Assembly: GCA_963674945.2 (NCBI GenBank)
Contig: CAXXWQ010000004.1
Coordinates: 1,184,001-1,248,000, forward strand
Direction of reading: 5' to 3'
Origin: an uncultured Desulfosarcina sp.
GTDB taxonomy: Bacteria; Desulfobacterota; Desulfobacteria; Desulfobacterales; Desulfosarcinaceae
DNA: 64,000 bases
Shown here: positions 56,092 to 64,000 of the stretch, piece by piece
How positions within the stretch are numbered: position 1 is the first letter of the stretch
Layout: the number at the start of each line of letters is the position of its first letter
Program-made: the position numbers and the translations under genes
Notes under the pieces: model-generated
What the model was told of the DNA's origin: nothing
Databases searched by the model: none
The model's input: only the letters and a program-made list of their open reading frames with translations

Positions 56092-59000
56092 ATGGATCAA
56101 ATTCCAGCGAAAAGTGAATCGGACATACTGATTCAGGCCATTTCCCAACGAAATGGACCGGTTGTCATCACCGGTGTGGACGAAAACGCCGGGGCGCTGT
56201 TCATCGCCCGCATGCGCCGCCAACTTCGGTTGCCCATCCTGGTGGTCTGTGCATCCGCCAAGATCGCGGAGAAATGGCAGTCCCACATCGATCTGTTTTC
56301 GGCGCAGACCGACCCGCCCACGGCTCATTTTCCTGCGTATAATATTTCTCCGTTCAAATTCATGTCCTATCACAATGAAACGGCCGCCCGCCGCATCCGC
56401 ACCCTGTATACCATGATCGAGGGGGATCGGGCACAGGTGACGGTAACGACGGCTGCGGCCCTTTGTCAGCGACTGATTCCCAAATCCGTGCTCACCGATT
56501 TCGCCGAATTGATTATCGCGGAAGAGGAGATCGAACCGGACCGGCTGGTGTCCAAACTGGTGGCCGGTGGGTATACCCGTAGCGTGGTGGTGGAGGAACC
56601 GGGAGATTTTTGTGTCCGTGGGGGCATCATCGACGTGTTTTCCCCCTTGTACGAAAATCCCCTACGCATCGAATTGTTCGGCGATTTTGCGGAAACCATC
56701 CGGTTCTTCTCCCCTGCGACCCAGCGCAGTCTGGACCACATCCATGAGGCGGTGATTTTGCCGGCCAGGGAGGCGACCCTGGAAAAATCGAATATGGACG
56801 CCATCGTAGGCCGCTTTCGAACCAGGGCGCTGGAACAGGAACTGCCCCGTACCGCCATGCGGGAATTTGCACGACGCATCAAGGAGCAGGGCGTCTTTCC
56901 CGGCATCGAGAGCCTCACGCCATTGATCTACGAAAAGATGGACACCCTGTTTGACTACCTGCCGGACAATACGGTCATCATCGCCGACAATCCCGGCGAG
57001 CTTTCCCGGGCCGCCGAGAAAAGAGCCCAGGTAGCGCAAACCAACCACGACAAGGCCTTGAGCGACAAGCAGCTTTGCGTGGCGCCGGCGGACCTGTTCG
57101 AAGAATGGCAAGCCGTCGTCCATCGAATGGACGAACGGGCGGCCGTCACCATAACACCCATGGCGGCCACCGACTTTTCCCAACGCCAAGCCATGGACGT
57201 CCGGATCCATGATAACGGACCGCTGGCCATGGCCATGAAACAGGCCAGAAAAACCGATCACCCCACAACCCCCCTGATTCAGTGGATCACAGACCAGCAA
57301 ACAGAAGGTCGGACCGTGGTGGTGGTGTGCGAAGCAAAGCGGCAGATAGGCCGCCTGGATGCCATCTTGGCCCCCTACGACATAAAAACGGATGCAGGGG
57401 CCCCCTTTCCCCAGCGGTATCTCCCGGGCCGCCTTTTCATTTGTCAGGGCCGGCTTACGGCGGGATTCGTCTGGCCGAAGGAACACCTTGCCGTGGCTAC
57501 GGAAGCCGAAGTGTTCGGTCCCCGCGTAAGCCGCCGCAGTACAGGCAAATCCAAGGTACACACGGAACTTCTCAACTTCTCCGATCTCAAACAAGGCGAA
57601 CTGGTGGTCCATGACGAGCACGGCATCGGCCGGTATGAGGGACTCGTAAAACTCTCTCTGGAGGGAACGGTGAACGATTTCTTGCTCATCGTCTACCGGG
57701 GCGACGACCGGCTCTATCTTCCCGTGGATCGTATGGGCCTGATACAAAAATACATGGGAGTGGAAGGGACGATTCCGGTTCTGGATAAGATGGGGGGACG
57801 ATCCTGGGAACGGGCCAAGGCCAAGGTGCGCCAGTCCGCGGAAAAAATCGCCGGGGATCTGTTGGACATTTACGCCAGGCGCAAGGCCAATACCGGCCAC
57901 GGCTACGGCGCCCCGGACCAGCACTTTGCCGATTTCGAGGCGGACTTCGCCTACGAGGAGACCCCGGACCAGCGCAATGCCATTGAAGCGGTAATAGACG
58001 ACATGCGAAATCCCACCGCCATGGACCGACTGGTGTGCGGGGATGTGGGCTACGGAAAAACCGAGGTGGCACTGCGGGCATCCTTTCTGGCCATCAACGA
58101 GGCCAAACAGGTGGCATTGCTGGTGCCGACCACGGTTCTCGCCGAACAACACTTCGCCACCTTTTCCCAGCGTTTCGACCCCTTCCCGGTGAAAGTGGCC
58201 TGCCTGAGCCGATTTCGGTCACGGTCCCAGCAGCGCCGGATCGTCGAAGAGATCAAAAAAGGGACCGTGGACATCGTCATCGGCACCCATCGGCTATTGC
58301 AAAAAGACGTAATATTCAAGGACCTTGGCCTTTTCATCATCGATGAAGAGCAACGATTCGGCGTTCGTCACAAGGAAAAACTCAAGAAGATGCGCGCCAA
58401 CGTGGACGTCCTCGCCCTCACCGCAACGCCCATTCCCAGGACCCTGCACCTGTCCATGATGGGCATTCGGGACATCAGCGTCATCTCCACCCCTCCGGAG
58501 CAGCGCCACGCCATCGTCACCTATGTATGTGAATTCGACGACGGCATCATCGCCGAAGCCATCCGCAACGAGCTTTCCCGCCAAGGCCAGATCTTCTTCG
58601 TTCACAACAACGTGGGCAGCATCGAGCGCATGGCCGACCACTTGCGGACGATCGTCCCCGAGGTCCGCCTGGCCGTTGCCCACGGGCAGATGGCCGAAGA
58701 GGCGCTGGAGACGGTGATGATGCGCTTCATGGAGCACGAAATCGACATGCTGGTGTGCACCACCATCATCGAATCGGGGATCGACGTGGCCACGGCCAAT
58801 ACCATCCTGGTCAACCGGGCGGACCGTTTCGGCCTGGCCCAGATGTACCAGTTGCGCGGGAGGGTCGGTCGATCCGACGAGCAGGCTTACGCCTACCTGT
58901 TCATACCGGAGGAGAGCCGGCTGGGGACCGATGCCCAAAAACGCCTCAAGGTACTCATGGAGCACAGCGATCTGGGCTCCGGATTCCAGATCGCCTTGAA

Positions 59001-59589
59001 CGACCTGAAGATCCGTGGCGGTGGCGCGATTCTGGGCGCCTCCCAATCGGGACACATCGCCGCCGTGGGATATGACATGTTTCTCAAACTGATGGAAGAG
59101 GCCGTGGCCCAGATCAAGGGAGAGCCCATAGTGGAAGGATTGGAACCAGAGATCAACCTTCCCATGTCGGCACATCTGGCCGAAGACTACGTGGCCGACA
59201 TCGACCAGCGCCTCACCCTGTACCGCCGCCTGGCCAAAATGGATGACCTCAAGGAGATATCGGCCATGAAAGCGGAACTGGCGGATCGCTTCGGACCTCT
59301 TCCCGAAGAGACGGAAAACCTGCTGCTCAAGATCCTGCTGCGTGTTTTGTCCGTTCGAGCAGGAGTCAAACGCCTGGATATTATGGGCAATCAGCTCAGC
59401 CTGACGTTCAGCGAAACCCACCAGCGCCATCCACTGGGTATCGTCGAAATGATCTCGTCGGGCAATTCGGACTACCGCTTTACACCGGAACATATTTTCA
59501 AGGCCGGCTTGAACAAGGGGCCGCCACGTGTGCAACTTGCCCAAACGAAAAACATCTTGATAGAAATAGCGCAACATGTTAATTCTTGA
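56092..59589 (+). CDS. mfd: Transcription-repair coupling factor
   Basis: RGGIIDVF, VVH..HGIG.Y, CGDVGYGKTEVA, DEEQRFG, TATPIPRTL, QLRGRVGRS, TRCF domain; 1165 aa. Confidence 0.97.
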   Translation: MDQIPAKSESDILIQAISQRNGPVVITGVDENAGALFIARMRRQLRLPILVVCASAKIAEKWQSHIDLFSAQTDPPTAHFPAYNISPFKFMSYHNETAARRIRTLYTMIEGDRAQVTVTTAAALCQRLIPKSVLTDFAELIIAEEEIEPDRLVSKLVAGGYTRSVVVEEPGDFCVRGGIIDVFSPLYENPLRIELFGDFAETIRFFSPATQRSLDHIHEAVILPAREATLEKSNMDAIVGRFRTRALEQELPRTAMREFARRIKEQGVFPGIESLTPLIYEKMDTLFDYLPDNTVIIADNPGELSRAAEKRAQVAQTNHDKALSDKQLCVAPADLFEEWQAVVHRMDERAAVTITPMAATDFSQRQAMDVRIHDNGPLAMAMKQARKTDHPTTPLIQWITDQQTEGRTVVVVCEAKRQIGRLDAILAPYDIKTDAGAPFPQRYLPGRLFICQGRLTAGFVWPKEHLAVATEAEVFGPRVSRRSTGKSKVHTELLNFSDLKQGELVVHDEHGIGRYEGLVKLSLEGTVNDFLLIVYRGDDRLYLPVDRMGLIQKYMGVEGTIPVLDKMGGRSWERAKAKVRQSAEKIAGDLLDIYARRKANTGHGYGAPDQHFADFEADFAYEETPDQRNAIEAVIDDMRNPTAMDRLVCGDVGYGKTEVALRASFLAINEAKQVALLVPTTVLAEQHFATFSQRFDPFPVKVACLSRFRSRSQQRRIVEEIKKGTVDIVIGTHRLLQKDVIFKDLGLFIIDEEQRFGVRHKEKLKKMRANVDVLALTATPIPRTLHLSMMGIRDISVISTPPEQRHAIVTYVCEFDDGIIAEAIRNELSRQGQIFFVHNNVGSIERMADHLRTIVPEVRLAVAHGQMAEEALETVMMRFMEHEIDMLVCTTIIESGIDVATANTILVNRADRFGLAQMYQLRGRVGRSDEQAYAYLFIPEESRLGTDAQKRLKVLMEHSDLGSGFQIALNDLKIRGGGAILGASQSGHIAAVGYDMFLKLMEEAVAQIKGEPIVEGLEPEINLPMSAHLAEDYVADIDQRLTLYRRLAKMDDLKEISAMKAELADRFGPLPEETENLLLKILLRVLSVRAGVKRLDIMGNQLSLTFSETHQRHPLGIVEMISSGNSDYRFTPEHIFKAGLNKGPPRVQLAQTKNILIEIAQHVNS

Positions 59590-59595
59590 TCATTT

Positions 59596-60429
59596 ATGAT
59601 AAAAATATATGGAAGGGTTGCAATACGTTACGCAGCATTCGCATGGCTGCTCCGCCCATTTCGCCGACCATTGTGCAAAATGGATCACAAAAGGGCGGCC
59701 GCCATTTTTTTTCGTCCTGCCGGTTTGCCCCTGCTGATCCTTATTATGGGATACATGGGCGTTACGGGATGCATGGACACCGATGGCGCCTCCCATTCAC
59801 AGCAGATTTTAATTCGCTGCGACAGGCAAATCGTGACACGCTCCCAGTTTGAACGTGCCTTCGGAGCGGCTTGGATCGCTTACAGCGATGATCCGACGGC
59901 AGGATCGGATGTGGCTGCCAATGCCCGCCTGCGGTTGCTCAAGCAAATGACCGAAGAGGTCATCGCCCATCGGCGCGCCGTGGAATTGGGAATTGTGCTG
60001 CGCGAGGATGAATTGGAAGCGGCAATCGGGGATATCAAGAAAGATTATCCGGAAAACCAGTTTTCCCAGATGTTGCTGGAAAGCGCCATCCCGTTTTCCC
60101 TGTGGCGGGATCGGCTGCGGGCGAGACTTTTGTTGGAAAAGGTCGTTCGCGAGGATCTGGGCCGGTCCATAGACGTTACGGAGCAGGAGGTTCAGGCCTT
60201 CTACGAGGCACACGCCGAAGAATTCGAAGGCTTGGAAACCGAATCACAGACGGATCTTTCCCACCGTATGGTCCAGCGGATCCGGCGGGAAAAAGTGGAG
60301 GCCGCCTATCCGGACTGGATGGACGGGTTACAAAAACGCTACGGGGTCGAGATCAACTGGCAGTTGTGGGATCAAATCCAGGGCTCCGACGATCTATCGG
60401 TGAACCATAAGAGGAACGCATCGCCTTGA
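59596..60429 (+). CDS. SurA N-terminal-domain protein (probable lipoprotein; start uncertain)
   Basis: VTGC lipobox-like site, A.ELGI, V.E.EV.AFY..H..EF; lies between mfd and surA. Confidence 0.7.
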   Translation: MIKIYGRVAIRYAAFAWLLRPFRRPLCKMDHKRAAAIFFRPAGLPLLILIMGYMGVTGCMDTDGASHSQQILIRCDRQIVTRSQFERAFGAAWIAYSDDPTAGSDVAANARLRLLKQMTEEVIAHRRAVELGIVLREDELEAAIGDIKKDYPENQFSQMLLESAIPFSLWRDRLRARLLLEKVVREDLGRSIDVTEQEVQAFYEAHAEEFEGLETESQTDLSHRMVQRIRREKVEAAYPDWMDGLQKRYGVEINWQLWDQIQGSDDLSVNHKRNASP

Positions 60430-61412
60430 AACGAAATTTTACCATCGGTGTTCTCTTCGGGATGTTGATGTTGGTTTTTGCCACCCGGGCCACCGCTTCG
60501 GCTGCGACCGAAGTGCTGGATCGGATCGTTGCCGTCGTCAATGAAGAGATCATTCTTCTGTCCGAACTGAACGAGCGAATGGAACCATATGTGCAGCGCA
60601 TCCACCAACAAGATTTCAGTCTGGAACAAGAACGGCAGATGATTTACAAGGTGCGCGAAGAGATCCTCAACCGTCTCATCGATGAGAAGCTCACCGACCA
60701 GGAGATCAAACGAAACGATATTCAGGTGGACAGCGCCGAGATCGATAACACCATCGAACGGATCAAGGCGGCAAACTCCTTTACCGACGAAGATTTGCGA
60801 AGCTACCTGGAACAGGAGCAGATGACAATGGGTGAGTACCGGGACAAGATCAAGGAGCAGGTACTGCGCACCCGCCTGGTCAATTATGAGGTGAAATCGA
60901 AGATTGTCGTCACCGAAGAAGATATTCGGTCATACTATGATGCGCACCCGGAAATATACGGTGGTAAGATCCGTTACCATTTGCGGAATATCCTGATGCA
61001 GGTACCGGCCTATTCCACCGATGCCGAGAAGTCAGAAATTCGCCGGCAAATGGAAGATCTTCGTGCCCAAGTTCTTTCCGGGAGCGATTTTGCAGCGCTT
61101 GCCCGTGCACATAGCCAGGGTCCGACCGCAAGTGACGGCGGGGATATCGGCATGATCGACAAAAAGACCCTTTCCCCCCAGATTCAGGCGGCATTGGACG
61201 GACTGTCACAGGGCCATCCCACTGAGGTACTGGATACGGATCAGGGGTATCAGCTTTTTTTCCTGGAGGCCATCGACCGGACCCAGGGAATTCCCCTGGA
61301 AAAGGCAAGGGATGAAATTCATCAAAAATTGTTCACGGAAGTCGTCGATAAGAAATTCCTCTCATGGCTGGAAGACCTGCGCAGCCAGTCGCATATAAAA
61401 ATCGTACACTGA
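60426..61412 (+). CDS. surA: SurA-like peptidyl-prolyl isomerase/chaperone
   Basis: DRIVAVVN.E.I.LSEL, parvulin motif F..LA..HS......GGDIG, WL..LR....I.I. Confidence 0.85.
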   Translation: MKRNFTIGVLFGMLMLVFATRATASAATEVLDRIVAVVNEEIILLSELNERMEPYVQRIHQQDFSLEQERQMIYKVREEILNRLIDEKLTDQEIKRNDIQVDSAEIDNTIERIKAANSFTDEDLRSYLEQEQMTMGEYRDKIKEQVLRTRLVNYEVKSKIVVTEEDIRSYYDAHPEIYGGKIRYHLRNILMQVPAYSTDAEKSEIRRQMEDLRAQVLSGSDFAALARAHSQGPTASDGGDIGMIDKKTLSPQIQAALDGLSQGHPTEVLDTDQGYQLFFLEAIDRTQGIPLEKARDEIHQKLFTEVVDKKFLSWLEDLRSQSHIKIVH

Positions 61413-61617
61413 ACCAATGATTGATGAACCCGCAAAAAGCTTTTCCAGGCCACATATGGCCAAACAATCACATGCAAGGAACTCGTTTCTTCTTACCCTG
61501 CCGATAGACGGAAACGAGGGAAAAGCTTTTTATAAAAAGTCCATTTTAATCAGTATTTATAATACTGAGTTCCTTAGAAGTCGGTTTTCAATTGGATAAC
61601 CCAAGGGGCTATTTTCT

Positions 61618-62340
61618 ATGCCTTCGGAAAACACAGCGCACACATTCGGAAGTTACCTGAAGGCGTATCGCATGGAACAGGGACTTTCCATTGAAGATAT
61701 TGCCGAAAGGACGAAGATCGCCGTCCACTGCCTTTTTGCCATGGAGGAAGATGATCACGACCGGCTTCCCCCGACTGCCTATGTGAAAAGTTTCATACGC
61801 ACCTACGCCTTGTCGGTGGGGGCCGATGCCGATATGGCTCTCGATCTGTATTTGTCGGAACTTCGAAAACGGGAAAACGAGAAGAAACGATGGCGCCGGC
61901 GACAGGCCAAACTTGGAACGATGCGCCGGACACTGGCCGCCGCCGGTATCATCGTCGCCGTTTTGCTGCTGGTTCGCTACACCAATTTTTTCCTGGATCT
62001 GTCACCACCGACGCCCATGGCGGCACCGGAACCCACAACCATGGAGACCGTCCCCGTTTCCACGCCCCCTGTGACCGATAGTAGGGCAGACAAAGAGAAG
62101 TCGCAGGAAAAGTTGCGACTTCAAATCCTTGCGGTGGAAGATACCTGGCTAAAGATCATCGTCGACGGTCAAAATGCAAGGTCCTACAACCTGAAACCCG
62201 AAGATCGTTTAGAGTTGGAAGGGTCCATCTCTTTCAATGTAATGATCGGCAACGCCACTGGACTCAAAATTCTACTCGATGGAAAACCGGTAAAAATTTT
62301 CGGCAGCAGCGGCCAGGTCGTTAGCCTGAAAATACCATAA
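61618..62340 (+). CDS. RodZ-like HTH / DUF4115 membrane protein
   Basis: G.YLK..R...GLS...IA..TKI, Y.K.F.R.YA, one TM, W....DG, IGNA.G. Confidence 0.8.
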   Translation: MPSENTAHTFGSYLKAYRMEQGLSIEDIAERTKIAVHCLFAMEEDDHDRLPPTAYVKSFIRTYALSVGADADMALDLYLSELRKRENEKKRWRRRQAKLGTMRRTLAAAGIIVAVLLLVRYTNFFLDLSPPTPMAAPEPTTMETVPVSTPPVTDSRADKEKSQEKLRLQILAVEDTWLKIIVDGQNARSYNLKPEDRLELEGSISFNVMIGNATGLKILLDGKPVKIFGSSGQVVSLKIP

Positions 62341-62351
62341 GGCAAAAAACC

Positions 62352-63704
62352 ATGCACCAGGACCGACAAAGTATTCTAACGGTCACCACAAAGCGACTGC
62401 TTCGTCGAGGGGCCACGAGCCGCCTTGGCAAAATCATCAACAAGACCCATGGCGCGGATCTGTCCATCCTGTTTCGTTCCCTATCCCACCAGGACCGGCG
62501 ATTCTTGTTCGACATGATCAAAGACGTGCACCAAAAAGGGATCCTCTTAAGCGAACTGGATGAGGATATCTTCATCGCCCTGATCGAGGAAATCGATCCG
62601 GATGAGGTGGTCACCATCCTGGAGGCCATGCCAAACGACGATGTCGCCGATCTGCTCAGCCATCTTCCCGAAGAAACCGCCACGAACCTGCTCAAGCGAA
62701 TGGAAAAAGAGGGGTCCGACGAGGTCGAGGACCTGATGCGCTTCGAAAAGGATACCGCCGGCGGTATCATGAACCCCGACTTCATCGCCCTCAACCAGGA
62801 TATTACGGCCAAAGAGGCCATCGAGCGCATCCAGAAGGAGTTCGCCGATGTGGAGATGCCGTTTTACCTTTACGCGGTGGACGAGTACGGAAACCTGGTG
62901 GGTGTCTGTTCGTTGCGTCAACTGGTTGTGGTCAAGCCACACACCCCCTTGAAATCCTTCATGACGACCGATGTCCTCTCCGTGCAGACCCATGTGGACC
63001 AGGAGGAGGTGGCCAAACTGGTCGCCCGATACGATATTCTGGCCGTACCGGTCGTGGATGACAGCAACCGTCTGGTGGGTATCGTCACCGTGGACGACGT
63101 CATCGATATTTTCCGGGAGGAGGCCACCGAGGACATCTTGAAAATGGCCGGTGTCGGTGAAGAATTCATCGAAACCAAAAGCATTTTCAAAAGCACCCGC
63201 ATTCGCCTCCCCTGGTTGTTCGCCAGTTGTCTGGGAGGCATCTTCGCCTTTTACGTCATCGGCCATTTCGAAACGAGTCTGAGCAAGGTCACCTATCTGG
63301 CCGCCTTCATCCCCGTGATCATGGGTATGGGGGGAAACATCGGCACCCAATCCTCCACCATCGTCGTCCGTGGTCTGGCCACGGGACGACTCAATTTCCG
63401 GGATGTGGGACCGGTGGTGGGAAAGGAGCTCTCCGTAGGTGTAATACTCGGCATGGTTTACGGTCTGCTCATCGGCTCGGTGGCCCAATTGCAATACAAC
63501 ATCTTGATGCTGGCGCTGGCCGTTTGCCTTGCGGTGATCTGCTCCATGTCGGTGGCCGCCCTGGTGGGTTCTTGCGTTCCCATGCTTTTCGCCCGCATCA
63601 ATATCGACCCGGCAGTGGCCACCGGCCCTTTCGTAACCACCTCCATCGATATCATCAGCGTCTATTTCTACTTTACCATCGCCACCGGTTTGCTCGGCGT
63701 ATGA
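62352..63704 (+). CDS. mgtE: Magnesium transporter MgtE
   Basis: TAGGIM, CBS pair, GIVTVDD, RLPWL, MGGN.GTQ, DPAVATGPFVTT..D. Confidence 0.95.
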   Translation: MHQDRQSILTVTTKRLLRRGATSRLGKIINKTHGADLSILFRSLSHQDRRFLFDMIKDVHQKGILLSELDEDIFIALIEEIDPDEVVTILEAMPNDDVADLLSHLPEETATNLLKRMEKEGSDEVEDLMRFEKDTAGGIMNPDFIALNQDITAKEAIERIQKEFADVEMPFYLYAVDEYGNLVGVCSLRQLVVVKPHTPLKSFMTTDVLSVQTHVDQEEVAKLVARYDILAVPVVDDSNRLVGIVTVDDVIDIFREEATEDILKMAGVGEEFIETKSIFKSTRIRLPWLFASCLGGIFAFYVIGHFETSLSKVTYLAAFIPVIMGMGGNIGTQSSTIVVRGLATGRLNFRDVGPVVGKELSVGVILGMVYGLLIGSVAQLQYNILMLALAVCLAVICSMSVAALVGSCVPMLFARINIDPAVATGPFVTTSIDIISVYFYFTIATGLLGV

Positions 63705-63708
63705 CACC

Positions 63709-64000
63709 ATGACCACTTTGAGCACGCCTGCCATTTTGCTTCGCAGAATCGATTTTGGCGACTATGATCTCATCGTAACGTTGTTTACGAAAAACCAGGG
63801 GAAAATCAGCGTCATCGCCAAGTCGGCAAAAAAGAGCGTGAAACGGTTTCCCGGTATACTTGAGCCCTTTTCCCGGTTGGATGTTGTCCTGTCCCAACAA
63901 AAAGGGAAAGGGATGCCGGTGCTTCAGGAGGCCACGCTGGAAGAGCCCTTTTTCAGAATCCGGGAAAACGTCGTTAAAACCGCCTATGCCAGCTATTGGG
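63709..64000 (+). CDS. recO: DNA repair protein RecO (partial, runs off the window)
   Basis: MTTLSTPAILLRRIDFGDYDLIVTLFT..QGKI..IAK.AKKS.KRF.G.LEPF, translated by hand. Confidence 0.88.
   Translation, partial: MTTLSTPAILLRRIDFGDYDLIVTLFTKNQGKISVIAKSAKKSVKRFPGILEPFSRLDVVLSQQKGKGMPVLQEATLEEPFFRIRENVVKTAYASYW

Overview
Bacterial chromosome segment, probably from a sulfate-reducing Desulfobacterota (Desulfosarcina/Desulfobacterales-like; inferred from gene content and protein style, not from a database search). It has five blocks. (1) About 1-17.2 kb is a lipid A/envelope remodelling island: divergent arnBCAD plus an arnE/F-like gene, and ABC-arnT-response regulator-kinase, with PAP2 and DedA-PAP2 phosphatases. 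Five copies of a TTCATnCTTTCWTCAT direct-repeat box link these units, and arnA carries two -1 frameshifts. (2) 18.5-31.3 kb is an 11-gene co-oriented cluster and the best candidate for an undescribed system. It joins a fused methyltransferase-corrinoid protein and a B12 reactivation domain to a TonB-dependent receptor, a nitrogenase-like H/D/K reductase lacking nifB/nifEN, a FecBCD/BtuFCD-type ABC importer and two paralogous unknown proteins. (3) 31.5-36.8 kb is an ECF sigma/anti-sigma module with two matching promoters. (4) 36.8-50.3 kb holds signalling and metabolic genes: a sigma54-driven orphan cheD with a hybrid kinase, nagZ, NUDIX, Fe-ADH with an ErcA-like/kinase/sigma54 activator module, and ihfA. 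(5) 50.5-64 kb is core genome (uvrD/pcrA, tRNA-Thr(CGT), mfd, surA-like pair, rodZ-like, mgtE, recO). It is interrupted by a 3.5-kb decayed islet bounded by a duplicated 5' half of the tRNA. No CRISPR array, rRNA, integrase or transposase was seen.
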